Notes: generated by a model not told the origin, from the letters alone. A stretch of 64,000 bases of DNA from an uncultured Candidatus Saccharibacteria bacterium (GCA_964521955.1 CAZFTX010000003.1:1517-65516), one strand, 5' to 3'; shown: positions 49,831 through 59,527, counted from the first letter of the stretch. Numbers and translations are program-made.

Positions 49831-50685
49831 TCACTTTTGCTCAATAAGTTTGTTCCAGTCTTCCGCAAACTTGTCCACGCATTTAGCAGTAAGTTCATGT
49901 AAAATGTTAAACTCCTGCCAAGGTTTTTCCAAGTCTAAATCCTCAAACTCTATGTGTTTTAAATCCGTCTTATGGTTTGGATCCACAGGCATAATCTGCG
50001 GCATTTCCAAATCTTTCCATTCTTTTAAAACTTTAATAGGTGAAGTAATTATATCCGCTCCAACAGCAATAGACTCAGCCTGGTGTGCCACAGAACGCAC
50101 GCTAGCGGCTAAAACTTCCACATGCCCGTCCCCTTTTTTGTACATTTCTGCAATATTTTTTATTAAATCCAAACCGTTTAAACCAATGTCGTCCAACCTG
50201 CCAATAAAGGGAGAAATGTATATTTGGCCTTTGTCCGCTCCCCTAGTGGCAGAATAAACCGCAGCAGCCTGCTCTTGAGAAAAAACCAAAGTCATGTTTA
50301 GTCTCATGTGTTCTTTACTAAGTATTTCCGCGGCCTTAAGCCCTTCAAAAGTTGTAGGTAACTTTATGTGGGCATTTGGAATCCAAGCATAAAACTCGCG
50401 AGCTTGGGTTACCATAGCTTCCGCTTTAGTGTCTTTGTCCGCATAAACCTCCACAGAAACCGAACCCTGAGGCAATAAAACCGAAACTTCACTTACAACT
50501 TTTTTGTAAAAACTGTAAATTTCTTCTGAAGTAAACTTTTTTCCTACCGCGTCCGGGTTTTTAGCAATTAAACTTGGGTTAGTAGTTTGTCCGTCTAAAA
50601 AACCTAAAAGCTCTAAAGTTTCTTTAGTTTCTTTTGGATCACCACTGTCTAAAAATATTTTAGTTTTTAAATTTGCTGGTTTCAT
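49831..50685 (-). CDS. tal: Transaldolase
   Basis: IFLDSGD, GQTTNPSL, HIKLP, NMTLVFS, YISPFIGRLDD, LAASVR. Confidence 0.92.
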   Translation of the reverse strand: MKPANLKTKIFLDSGDPKETKETLELLGFLDGQTTNPSLIAKNPDAVGKKFTSEEIYSFYKKVVSEVSVLLPQGSVSVEVYADKDTKAEAMVTQAREFYAWIPNAHIKLPTTFEGLKAAEILSKEHMRLNMTLVFSQEQAAAVYSATRGADKGQIYISPFIGRLDDIGLNGLDLIKNIAEMYKKGDGHVEVLAASVRSVAHQAESIAVGADIITSPIKVLKEWKDLEMPQIMPVDPNHKTDLKHIEFEDLDLEKPWQEFNILHELTAKCVDKFAEDWNKLIEQK

Positions 50686-50718
50686 ATAATGTTGGTTTCT
50701 GTAAAATTTATTTACTGA

Positions 50719-50890
50719 GCCAAGTTTGAGGCATTTTCCTAAGGATGTTTCGAGGCGTACTAAGGTACGGTGAGAAAGACCTTGAGGAAAATAACGAAAA
50801 AATTGGCCAGACCGGGTTCCCTAAAAATCGAAGATTTTTTGGGTGGCAAGGCTACTTTAGGAATCAGGCTTTGCCTGTTTATAAAGTAGC
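50719..50890. repeat. Cluster of three tandem intergenic hairpins (REP/MITE-like)
   Basis: ATTTTCCTAAGG..CGTAC-TAAG-GTACG..CCTTGAGGAAAAT; CCCTAAAAATC-GAA-GATTTTTTGGG; GCTACTTTA..CAGGC-TTT-GCCTG..TAAAGTAGC. Confidence 0.6.
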
Positions 50891-50902
50891 GGTAAATTAA
50901 TT

Positions 50903-51607
50903 TTAACTAAAAAGGTGCGTATCTTTCGGAAGCTTCTTAATATATTCATAAGCCTCATCCGCCGTGTCCACAAGGTGGTAAATATCCATGTCCTTTTGAT
51001 CAATGGCATGGTTTGCGCCGTAAACCACGCTTCGTATCCATAAAAGCAAAGGTTCCCAAAAAGCTCTGTTAATAAGTACAATAGGAACTTTTTTAATTTT
51101 TTTGGTTTGAGTCAATGTAATCATTTCAAAAAACTCGTCTAACGTTCCAAAACCGCCTGGGAAAAAGACGTAAATCCTGGAAGCATACTCTAGCATAACT
51201 TTACGGGTAAAAAAGTAGTTAAAAAACTCACTTTCTTTTACATATTGGTTAGTGCGCTGTTCAAAAGGAAGTTTTATGTTTATACCTACGCTTTTACCAT
51301 TTGCTTCAACAGCCCCTTTGTTAGCAGCTTCCATAATCCCCGGCCCCCCTCCGGTAATAATTGCAAATCCGGCTTTAGAAAGCTTAAAAGCCAACTTAGT
51401 CGCTTCCGCATAAACCCCGTTTTGCAAACTTACACGGGCAGAACCCATAATACTAACTGCTTTTTTGTATTTTTTTAAAAACTTAAAGCCTTTTGAAAAT
51501 TCTTGCGAAATTTCTGTTAAAGCCTGAGGAGAAATTTCGTCCACTTTTCCGGCTCTAATTTTTTGAAAATGATAATTTAGTTTAAATGTTGGTTTTTTCT
51601 TACGCAT
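50903..51607 (-). CDS. LOG family Rossmann-fold protein (TIGR00730-like)
   Basis: SIMGSAR, TGGGPGIMEAAN, FFTRKVML, PGGFGTLDE. Confidence 0.92.
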   Translation of the reverse strand: MRKKKPTFKLNYHFQKIRAGKVDEISPQALTEISQEFSKGFKFLKKYKKAVSIMGSARVSLQNGVYAEATKLAFKLSKAGFAIITGGGPGIMEAANKGAVEANGKSVGINIKLPFEQRTNQYVKESEFFNYFFTRKVMLEYASRIYVFFPGGFGTLDEFFEMITLTQTKKIKKVPIVLINRAFWEPLLLWIRSVVYGANHAIDQKDMDIYHLVDTADEAYEYIKKLPKDTHLFS

Positions 51608-51618
51608 GCTAAAAAACT

Positions 51619-52527
51619 TTAAGAGTTAAAAATATTGTAAAAGTACATATAATTTTCACAAATCGCCATAACCGCATCTTCTCTGGAAATTTTTTCGTCT
51701 TTTAAAGCAGTCAAGGGTTCCCAAAAAATTGTTCGCCCAATTGCAAAGCCAGTAACTCCGGGCACACTCTTTCCAGCTTTAAGCCAGCGCTCCACGCCTT
51801 CCTTACCTTCTCCGCGACCCAACACCACCACGCCCACGTTGTCCCTGCCATTTGCTCTAGCCTGTTTTACTACCGCTTCGTAGTCTTCTGACTTGTTTAA
51901 TCCTTCTATTTTCCAAACATCCACCTCCACACCAAAGTCCTGAAGCTCTTTAATCATTCTGACAACCAACCCCGGACGAACTTCGTCATCGTAGCGTTTT
52001 TGGTCTCCACCAACTGACTCCAACTGCTCTTTAGTTGCAGGAACTAAAGGCTCTATTAAAAACTTAATACTGTTTGTATGACAAAACTCCCAAGCTTTTT
52101 TTAAACGTTCTCCCTGGCGAACGTTTAATTCCTTGTCACCTTCGGGGTTATAGCGAATCAAGGCTTTTGTAAAGGTAGGTTGGAATTTTAAAATATGCTC
52201 ACCAAACTGTTCTCCGTATTCAAAGTCAAATTCATCTTGTCCGCTTTTTTCAATAGTTAAAATTGTAGTTATACCTTTTATTTTGGCGTCCTGGTGAACT
52301 TTTGTACCAAACTGTTCGTCGGCCAAAATTGCGCTGGCTTCCTTACTAGCACCTTGTTCTATGGCTTTTAAAAGACCTTCATAAATAACATGTTTAAACT
52401 CACTTACTTTTTGAGTTTGCTCACTCGTAAGCTCCCCTTCCCAACCAAAAAGCTTTTTTACAAAAGAAGCCCTGTGATCAAACGCCATTACATATAAAGC
52501 TTTGTTATATCCTAATTTTTGATTCAT
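51619..52527 (-). CDS. DUF2090/IolC-C-terminal-like class I aldolase
   Basis: MAFDHR, KALIRYNP, FLIEPLV, DVWKIEG, VVLGRG, GFAIGRTIF; next to glpX and tkt. Confidence 0.8.
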   Translation of the reverse strand: MNQKLGYNKALYVMAFDHRASFVKKLFGWEGELTSEQTQKVSEFKHVIYEGLLKAIEQGASKEASAILADEQFGTKVHQDAKIKGITTILTIEKSGQDEFDFEYGEQFGEHILKFQPTFTKALIRYNPEGDKELNVRQGERLKKAWEFCHTNSIKFLIEPLVPATKEQLESVGGDQKRYDDEVRPGLVVRMIKELQDFGVEVDVWKIEGLNKSEDYEAVVKQARANGRDNVGVVVLGRGEGKEGVERWLKAGKSVPGVTGFAIGRTIFWEPLTALKDEKISREDAVMAICENYMYFYNIFNS

Positions 52528-52539
52528 AATTCTTAATTG

Positions 52540-53529
52540 TTAATTCTTTAAATGATGCTCCGTCTTCATATATCTAACTGTACCAGAACTTCCCCGAATT
52601 ACCAAAGAATGAGTAACTATGGTATTTCCTTCATATTTAACCCCTTCTAAAAGCGGTCCATCAATAATTCCCGTAGCGGTAAAAGTTAAAATCTTTCCTT
52701 TTGCTAAAGTTTCAACGGAATAGACTTTTTTTAAACTAATCCCTTGCTTTAAAACCTCATTTAAATGCTCTTTTTTTGGTTTAAATTTCGCCAAAATTTG
52801 CCCTCCTAAAGCTTTTATTGCCGCTGCGGCTATTACCGCCTCAGCCGAAGCTCCTATGCCTAAAAGCATGTCTATTCCCGAATTTGGCATACAAGTAGCT
52901 ATTGCTCCGGCAATGTCGCCGTCTGTTATAAGTCTTACCCGAGCGCCGGTTTTTCTTATTTGTAAAATTAAGTCTTTATGCCTATCTCTGTCTAAAACAC
53001 ACACCGTAACCTCACTTACCTTTTTACCTAAAGCCTTGGCTGTATTTTGAATGTTCACACTGGGCTTTACTCCTAACTTTATTACCTTCCTAGCCTTTGG
53101 CCCCACAGCTATTTTTTCCATATAAGTGTCGGGAGCAGAAAGTAAGCTTCCCTTTAGTCCTGAGGCTATAACCGAAAGCGCGTTATACCTACCAAAAGCC
53201 ACACTGTCCGTACATTCAAGCGGGTCAACAGCCAAGTCGAATATTAATTCCTTTTTCCCTCTCCCTCCGGGAGAGGGTGCCCGTAGGGCGGGTGAGGGTT
53301 TCCACCCAAGACCAACCTTCTCTCCTAAAAAAAGTTCAGGAGCTTCGTCTTTGGAGCCTTCACCAATTACCACCCTGCCTTGAAAGTCTATTTGGTTAAA
53401 ACGTGCCCGCATTTGTTTTACCGCGGCGCCATCTGCTTTTTTTCCTTCACCTTTACCTATCCATTTAGACGCAGCAATGGCCGCTGCTTCTGTTACGCGA
53501 ACAAATTCTAAAGCAAGATTTCTGTCCAT
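52540..53529 (-). CDS. glpX: Fructose-1,6-bisphosphatase class II
   Basis: MDRNLALEFVRVTEAAA, VVIGEG..DEAP, AVDPLECT, APDTYMEK, ITDGD. Confidence 0.93.
   Translation of the reverse strand: MDRNLALEFVRVTEAAAIAASKWIGKGEGKKADGAAVKQMRARFNQIDFQGRVVIGEGSKDEAPELFLGEKVGLGWKPSPALRAPSPGGRGKKELIFDLAVDPLECTDSVAFGRYNALSVIASGLKGSLLSAPDTYMEKIAVGPKARKVIKLGVKPSVNIQNTAKALGKKVSEVTVCVLDRDRHKDLILQIRKTGARVRLITDGDIAGAIATCMPNSGIDMLLGIGASAEAVIAAAAIKALGGQILAKFKPKKEHLNEVLKQGISLKKVYSVETLAKGKILTFTATGIIDGPLLEGVKYEGNTIVTHSLVIRGSSGTVRYMKTEHHLKN
53257..53298. repeat. 42-bp REP-like palindrome inserted in frame in glpX
   Basis: CCCTCTCCC-TCC-GGGAGAGGG-TGCCCGTAGGGCGGGTGAGGG; encodes PSPALRAPSPGGRG. Confidence 0.8.
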
Positions 53530-53535
53530 AATGTT

Positions 53536-53565
53536 AGTAAACAGCATACAGTAAACTGTATACAG
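53536..53565. repeat. Heptamer array (AGTAAAC type), left arm
   Basis: AGTAAAC AGCATAC AGTAAAC TGTATAC. Confidence 0.75.
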
Positions 53566-53571
53566 GCTTAG

Positions 53572-53928
53572 TTAATGATGACCTTTTATCCAACCATAAA
53601 TCAATTTACCAACTTCGTCTGCTAAATTTTCAGCTTTTTGATATTCATCGGTTTTAATGTATAACAAATCCTTAGACAAAAGTAATTGATATCTTAATTC
53701 CTCAAGCGAGCCTTGGGCTATGTTGTAAAAGTGAATTGAGTCATTTGCATGATGTCTTTTAAAGCCCTCCGCTAAATTTGAAGGGACTGAAACAGCAGCT
53801 CTTCTTATTTGACTCGTTAGACCAAACATTTCTGTTTTGGGAAAATTCTCTGTAAGCTTATAAACGACTAAAGCAAGCTCATGAGCTTTTTTCCAAGCAA
53901 TTATATCTTTATAAGTTTGAGTATGCAT
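53572..53928 (-). CDS. Four-helix-bundle protein (TIGR02436 / 23S rRNA IVP / Avd-like family)
   Basis: YKDIIAWKKAHEL, FPKTEMFGLTSQIRRAAVSVPSNLAEG, IAQGSLEELRYQL. Confidence 0.93.
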   Translation of the reverse strand: MHTQTYKDIIAWKKAHELALVVYKLTENFPKTEMFGLTSQIRRAAVSVPSNLAEGFKRHHANDSIHFYNIAQGSLEELRYQLLLSKDLLYIKTDEYQKAENLADEVGKLIYGWIKGHH

Positions 53929-53947
53929 TTTCCTATTTCCTATTTTG

Positions 53948-53978
53948 TGTGTACTGTTTACTGTGTACTGTTTACTGT
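53948..53978. repeat. Heptamer array (TGTTTAC type), right arm, inverted relative to 53536-53565
   Basis: TGTGTAC TGTTTAC TGTGTAC TGTTTAC; 24/28 match to the reverse complement of the left arm. Confidence 0.75.
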
Positions 53979-55879
53979 AGTTTATTGGTACTTAATAAAG
54001 ACTTAATTGTATTTACTATACTGGTAGAGTCTATTTCTTCAAAAGCTAAAAGCTCTTCTGGCTTTCCGCTCCTTGGCATTTTTGTTACAGCTAAACTTTT
54101 AACTTTATAACTTGAAAGACTTGAAACTGAAGCCAAGCTACTAGCGACGGCTTCGTAGATCCCCCCTTCTTTAAAATTATCTTCAACTGTAATAATATTT
54201 TTAGTTTCTTCCGCCGCTTTTTTTAAAGTTTCCGTGTCAATTGGCTTAATACTGTACAAGTCTATCACCCGAATATTTATACCTTCATTTAAAAGTTCCT
54301 CGTACGCCTTTAAAGCTTCATGCAAAGTAACCCCTGCACCTATAACTGTAGCTTGGTCTTTATCCGATGATTTTAATACGCACGACCCCCCAATTTTAAA
54401 TTCATGCTCAACTAAATTTGTTTGCTGTTTACTGTTTACTGTTTGCTGATTACTATAAACGATTGTTGTTTCTTTTCTAGTCGTCTGAATATAAACGTTC
54501 CCGTGGTGCTTAGCCGCTTCTAAAACTAATTTTTCGGTAGAAACAGCGTCAGAAGGATACAAAACGACTGAATTTAAAAGCGTTCTAAACATTGCTATTT
54601 CTTCCAAACCCATTTGACTTGCACCGTCTTCACCTATTGAAACCCCGGCGTGACTGCCAATAAATTTAATATTAGCGTCGGAAAGTGCGCTCATACGAAT
54701 TTGGTCAAAAGCCCTGCTTAAAAAAGCCGCAAAAGTAGAGACAAAAGGAATCTTTCCTCTTTTGGAAAAACCTAAAGCCATTCCCACCATGTTTTGTTCC
54801 GCAATAAAACACTCTACAAATTTTTCGAGGTGTTTTTTCTTAACGGTATCAGCAAAAGTAGAATTACTGGTTTCCGCATCTAAAACAATAATTTGAGGAT
54901 TAACATCAACCAAATTAGCTAAAACATTTCCATAGGCTTTTCTAGTCGCAATCTTTTTTTCAGGAGAGTATTGAGTAAACGGTATACTGTAAACTGATTT
55001 ATTTTCTTCTGTATACTGCGTACTGTTTACTGTTCCCGGTTTCTCTATTTTCCCCACCATTGTCTTATCAACATTCCCAATTTCAACCAAAGCTTTTTCC
55101 AATTCTTCCTGAGAAAGCGCTTTGCCATGCCAGCTGTCTTTGTCTTCCAAAAAAGAAACACCTTTACCCTTCAACGTCTTCGCTATTATCATAAAAGGCT
55201 GATCTGCAGATAAGCGAACATGCTGATAAGCTGAGGCAATTTCTTCAAAATTATGTCCGTCTATAACAATAGTTTTCCAACCAAAAGCTTCAACGCGTTT
55301 TTGATAAGTTTCAGTATTATCTCCCAGCATAGTTTCTCCTCTTTGACCTAAGCGGTTCACGTCTAAAATTCCAACTAAGTTGTTAAGTTTATAGTATGAC
55401 GCTAAACCCATAGCTTCCCAAACACTACCTTCAGCTATTTCACTGTCTCCAAGTAAAACAAAGGTTTTGTAGTCCCGCTTTTCTAACTTAGCATTTAAAG
55501 CCATTCCAAGCCCCACGCTCAAACCTTGTCCTAAAGACCCGGTTGGAACTTCGGTATAAGGAAACTCCAAAGTTGGGTGACCTTCGAATCGACTACCAAA
55601 AGTTCTTAAGGTCAGTAATTCTTCTTCACTAACTTTCCCTGCAGCCGCATACAAAGAGTAAAAAAGCGGACTAGCATGGCCTTTAGAAAAGATTAATCTA
55701 TCGTTATTAGGGTTTTTTGGATTTTCCAAATCAAATTTAAAATTTCCACCAAACATTAAAGCCACCATAATATCTACAGCAGATAACGAAGAAGTAGGAT
55801 GCCCGCTACCGGCTTTGGTTGTCGAAACTAAACAGTAGTAACGTACTAATTTTGCTAGTTCTTTTATGTTATTTTCCAT
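53972..55879 (-). CDS. tkt: Transketolase
   Basis: SGHPTSSLS, SKGHASP, TGSLGQG, GDSEIAEG, IAEQNMVG, GEDGASQ. Confidence 0.95.
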   Translation of the reverse strand: MENNIKELAKLVRYYCLVSTTKAGSGHPTSSLSAVDIMVALMFGGNFKFDLENPKNPNNDRLIFSKGHASPLFYSLYAAAGKVSEEELLTLRTFGSRFEGHPTLEFPYTEVPTGSLGQGLSVGLGMALNAKLEKRDYKTFVLLGDSEIAEGSVWEAMGLASYYKLNNLVGILDVNRLGQRGETMLGDNTETYQKRVEAFGWKTIVIDGHNFEEIASAYQHVRLSADQPFMIIAKTLKGKGVSFLEDKDSWHGKALSQEELEKALVEIGNVDKTMVGKIEKPGTVNSTQYTEENKSVYSIPFTQYSPEKKIATRKAYGNVLANLVDVNPQIIVLDAETSNSTFADTVKKKHLEKFVECFIAEQNMVGMALGFSKRGKIPFVSTFAAFLSRAFDQIRMSALSDANIKFIGSHAGVSIGEDGASQMGLEEIAMFRTLLNSVVLYPSDAVSTEKLVLEAAKHHGNVYIQTTRKETTIVYSNQQTVNSKQQTNLVEHEFKIGGSCVLKSSDKDQATVIGAGVTLHEALKAYEELLNEGINIRVIDLYSIKPIDTETLKKAAEETKNIITVEDNFKEGGIYEAVASSLASVSSLSSYKVKSLAVTKMPRSGKPEELLAFEEIDSTSIVNTIKSLLSTNKLQ

Positions 55880-55982
55880 AGATAAATTTAGTATTTTATT
55901 AATACTGTTATTCTATCGTAACTTTACTTAAATACCAAAAAATCCCCAAAATATAAAATTTTTGAGGATTTTTTACTGTTTA

Positions 55983-57203
55983 CTATTTACTGTTTATTGT
56001 CTTCCGTATCTCTCTTACCTTATCTAACTTTTCCCAAGGAAGCTTCAAGTCATTCCTACCAAAATGTCCGTAAGCTGCAACTTGTCTATAAAGTGGCCTT
56101 CGGAGATTTAAGTTTTTAATAATCATTCCGGGACGCAAGTCAAAAACTTTATTTATAACTTCCACAATCTTATCTTCCGAAAACCTGGAAGTACCATAAG
56201 TGTCCGCTCGGACAGAAAGAGGTTCTGGTATGCCAATGGCATAAGCAATTTGTACTTCAATTTTTTTTGCAATTCCTGCAGCAACTAAATTTTTTGCAAC
56301 ATAACGCGCCATATAAGAACCGGACCTGTCAACTTTTGAAGGATCTTTTCCACTAAAACACCCTCCTCCGTGTCTACCCATACCGCCGTAAGTATCAACA
56401 ATTATTTTTCTACCAGTAAGTCCTGTGTCCCCTTGCGGACCGCCAATTACAAACCTCCCTGTACTATTTACCAAAACACGAGTATGTTTATCAAAAAGAT
56501 TTTTTGGAATTACTTTTTTAATTACTTGTTTTTCTATATCAGCTTTTAACTTTTGACTTTCCACATCTGGATCGTGTTGAGCGGCTATCAGCACAGTATG
56601 AACACGTTTAGGCTTGTCACCCTGGTACTCAACAGTAACCTGAGACTTGCCGTCCGGCCGTAAACCTTTAATTATTCCTTTTTTTCTAACCAAGGCTAGC
56701 CTTTGAGTTAGCTTGTGGGCTAAAACAATTGGTAAAGGCATAAATTCGCGAGTTTCGTCTGTTGCCAAACCAAACATCAGTCCCTGATCACCAGCTCCCA
56801 AATTTTCTAAATCTTCTTTTACCACACCGCCCTCTTTACCTTTGACAAAACTATCCACCCCCATGGCAATGTCACCAGACTGTTCTTTAATTGCTACCAT
56901 AACCCCGCTGGTTTCCCACTGAAAACCATACTCCGCATTTGTATAACCAATGTCTTTAATCACATTTCGGGCAATTTTTGGAATATCTACATACGTTTTA
57001 GTAGTAACTTCCCCGGCAACTACACAAATACCATTGGTTAAAAGTGTTTCTACAGCCACCCGGCCTTTTGGATCTTCTTTTAATATAGCGTCTAAAACTG
57101 CGTCGCTAACTTGATCTGCCATTTTATCCGGATGCCCTTCTGTTACGGATTCGGATGTAAATAGTTTTCTGTTGTTTATTATTTTCATATATTTCATTAT
57201 CAT
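55983..57203 (-). CDS. metK: S-adenosylmethionine synthetase
   Basis: [46 protein letters not shown]. The start is probably ATG 57188. Confidence 0.97.
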   Translation of the reverse strand: MIMKYMKIINNRKLFTSESVTEGHPDKMADQVSDAVLDAILKEDPKGRVAVETLLTNGICVVAGEVTTKTYVDIPKIARNVIKDIGYTNAEYGFQWETSGVMVAIKEQSGDIAMGVDSFVKGKEGGVVKEDLENLGAGDQGLMFGLATDETREFMPLPIVLAHKLTQRLALVRKKGIIKGLRPDGKSQVTVEYQGDKPKRVHTVLIAAQHDPDVESQKLKADIEKQVIKKVIPKNLFDKHTRVLVNSTGRFVIGGPQGDTGLTGRKIIVDTYGGMGRHGGGCFSGKDPSKVDRSGSYMARYVAKNLVAAGIAKKIEVQIAYAIGIPEPLSVRADTYGTSRFSEDKIVEVINKVFDLRPGMIIKNLNLRRPLYRQVAAYGHFGRNDLKLPWEKLDKVREIRKTINSK

Positions 57204-57211
57204 TATCTACC

Positions 57212-57264
57212 TCCGCCAACCAGCCCGCGCATAAAGCTACGAGCGGTCAAGAGGCTATGGCGGA
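57212..57264. repeat. Nested GC-rich hairpin (REP-like) in the metK leader
   Basis: TCCGCCA..AGCC[CGC..AAAGCTACGAGCGG]..GGCTATGGCGGA. Confidence 0.5.
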
Positions 57265-57311
57265 TTATTACCCTACTTATAATAAAAATTGTGTAATAAA
57301 AAAACTCCTTG

Positions 57312-57403
57312 CTTATCACCTAAATTTTTTTAGGGGTGGCACCTTACGGAAGGAAAAATTTACCGCAGGCTGCCGTCCCCCCTAGGGGGGATCTCTTGAT
57401 AAG
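57312..57403 (-). ncRNA. SAM-I-type riboswitch (compact variant)
   Basis: Minus strand: P1 CTTATC/GATAAG, then ATCAAGAG, a simple P2 CCCCCC-TA-GGGGGG, P3 GGCAGCC...GGTGCC and a short P4; upstream of metK. Confidence 0.85.
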
Positions 57404-57462
57404 TTTAATTATATATTATTTGTAAATATACTAACGTTTTTATTTATATTTGTAAAGTGAAC

Positions 57463-59493
57463 TTAAGACTGGTTTTCCACCTGCTCAATTTGCCAAATTT
57501 CCTGGCTGACATAATTTTCCGTATCCGCCAAATCCTTAAGTAACATTTTTTCTCTTTTTATTTCTTCTGCGCTTAACTCTTTGCTTAGTTTTGCTTTATG
57601 CAAAAGCTCCAACTCTGACTCAATGTCTCTTCTAAGTACAGCAAATCCGCGATGAATCGACTCATCGGCCGTTCTGATTTTTTCCGCCAAAATTTTATGC
57701 TTTTTCCTCGCTTGGTAAGCATGGAATATTAGGTAAAGTGTTAGAAACACAGCTACCAACAAAAACACAAGCGTCAAAACTAAATATAAAAACTCATGGC
57801 TTATTCGGTTACTGCCAAACTGAAGAGCGGTTTGCCTAACTATAATTTCTTGTTGGGGACTCGGCGGGCTAAGTTCTTTACCAATTTTTGTTTGAGCCCA
57901 AATTAAATAACTGCCGCTGTTTAAGAAGGTATTATGAGTGTAAAACCATTCACCTTTTTTATCAGAATTAACACTAAAATTTAAAGTTTCCCCTGTACTT
58001 ACATTTTGCAAATAGAGCAAAACTTCTGCGTTATTTAGCTCAGTAAAACCACCGGCATAAAAAATATCTTCGTTAGTAATATTTTTTGAAATTGTCTTAA
58101 GTAAGGGCGGACTTAAAAGCGCTCCTTCTTGAGCTTTGATGGTATGGGTAATATAAAAAGAGGAAACAAAAAGCATTACAATCACAGCTATTTTCCCGTA
58201 GCGGTTTCTATATTCATTTAACTCTTTAAGTTTTTTCTGTATAGTTTCAGGCAACACGTTGTTTTCATAATGTTCGTGCTTCTGTAAATGTAAGCGCCTG
58301 AAACGCATAGCTAAATACCCTAAAACCAGCAAAATCAACAACAATACAAGCAATAACCAATTCCAAGGCAATACTATTCTGCTAGAAACCTGCAAACCTT
58401 CACCGGAAATAAACTGAAATGCTGTCGTTACAATGTTAATCCTTTCAGTAACTTCTAAAATATTTCCTGCTTGGTCGTATACCCGAACTATAACGTCATA
58501 TTTACCCAAATTTAAATCCTGGGGAACATACGGGCTTGTAACTTCAATAAACAAAGGTTGTGATCCTTCAGAATTTTGGCTTTGCAAAGGTACAATTTTA
58601 AGTTCATAATGGCCAATCCCTGAAAAAGCGTCAGTCGTCTCAAAACTAAAAATAGGTTGTTTTCTTACAGTTCTTTTTGAAGGAATTATCTCCAAAGGAA
58701 AATCCGCCGGCGGAGACGTGTCCACTTTAACTGCAAAATGAGTGGTGCCGCCCCAATTTCCGGCTCTCAAAGCCTTAATGTGAAAATAGTGAATCCCGTC
58801 AGCTTGGTTCCTGTAAGTTATGGAAGTTTTTTGGCTATCTACTATATCATCCGGGATATCTACCGGACTGTCTGAAAGGCTATAGCTATAGCCTTCTACT
58901 TGAATGTCATTGGCCCAAAGCAAAACCACATTAGGGTTTGCATACCAAGAAGCTTGCTGGGGATGAGTTTCTGAACTGACCACTGGGCCTTGTGGTGGAG
59001 GCAATACTAAATTATAAACTCCATTGGTTGTGTCAGAAAGATCGTTGGTTCCCCTGCCGTCATGAAGCAGTACTTTAGAATTATCTAAAAATCTTATAAT
59101 TGCACTTCCCACGGACTTTACCCTAAAAGTCAAAGTTGTAACTAATCCGCTTGAAACATTTACCCCTCCGGGTATACCTCCCTGTAAGTCTATCCTGCCG
59201 GTTTGGTTGTTAACATTTGGCTGAACAGTCCAAACCCCAATAACCGACTTCCCTGTAGAAGGCGAAACCAATTGTAATTTGTCCGGCGGAAAAGAAAGAG
59301 AAGCCTCCACAGCGTTAACAGTTTTACCTTCGGAATTCAAAAAAACCGAAACTTCAAAAGTACTTCCTACCGTAAAAGTTCCGGCCGTAGGAGAGGCCGA
59401 CAAAGTCGCAGCTTCTGTATAATTTAAGGAAAAAATAAAGAAAAAAACCAAACTAAAAACCAACCCTGTTACGTAGGATATAAATTTTTTCAT
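57463..59493 (-). CDS. Membrane-anchored cohesin-domain protein with Ig-like domains
   Basis: Signal peptide; cohesin-like VGSTFEVSVFLN..VNAVEASLSF..LVTTLTFRVK; several TM segments. Confidence 0.75.
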   Translation of the reverse strand: MKKFISYVTGLVFSLVFFFIFSLNYTEAATLSASPTAGTFTVGSTFEVSVFLNSEGKTVNAVEASLSFPPDKLQLVSPSTGKSVIGVWTVQPNVNNQTGRIDLQGGIPGGVNVSSGLVTTLTFRVKSVGSAIIRFLDNSKVLLHDGRGTNDLSDTTNGVYNLVLPPPQGPVVSSETHPQQASWYANPNVVLLWANDIQVEGYSYSLSDSPVDIPDDIVDSQKTSITYRNQADGIHYFHIKALRAGNWGGTTHFAVKVDTSPPADFPLEIIPSKRTVRKQPIFSFETTDAFSGIGHYELKIVPLQSQNSEGSQPLFIEVTSPYVPQDLNLGKYDVIVRVYDQAGNILEVTERINIVTTAFQFISGEGLQVSSRIVLPWNWLLLVLLLILLVLGYLAMRFRRLHLQKHEHYENNVLPETIQKKLKELNEYRNRYGKIAVIVMLFVSSFYITHTIKAQEGALLSPPLLKTISKNITNEDIFYAGGFTELNNAEVLLYLQNVSTGETLNFSVNSDKKGEWFYTHNTFLNSGSYLIWAQTKIGKELSPPSPQQEIIVRQTALQFGSNRISHEFLYLVLTLVFLLVAVFLTLYLIFHAYQARKKHKILAEKIRTADESIHRGFAVLRRDIESELELLHKAKLSKELSAEEIKREKMLLKDLADTENYVSQEIWQIEQVENQS

Positions 59494-59527
59494 TGCCGTC
59501 GTGCCAATTTTCTTTTTGCCTTTCATG

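Noticed and set aside
49535-49847. ORFs overlapping tRNA-Pro
   Set aside because: Translations of the tRNA and its repeated 3' end.
53572-53928. Diversity-generating retroelement, given the Avd-like protein
   Set aside because: No reverse transcriptase and no TR/VR pair with adenine-specific mismatches seen in the window.
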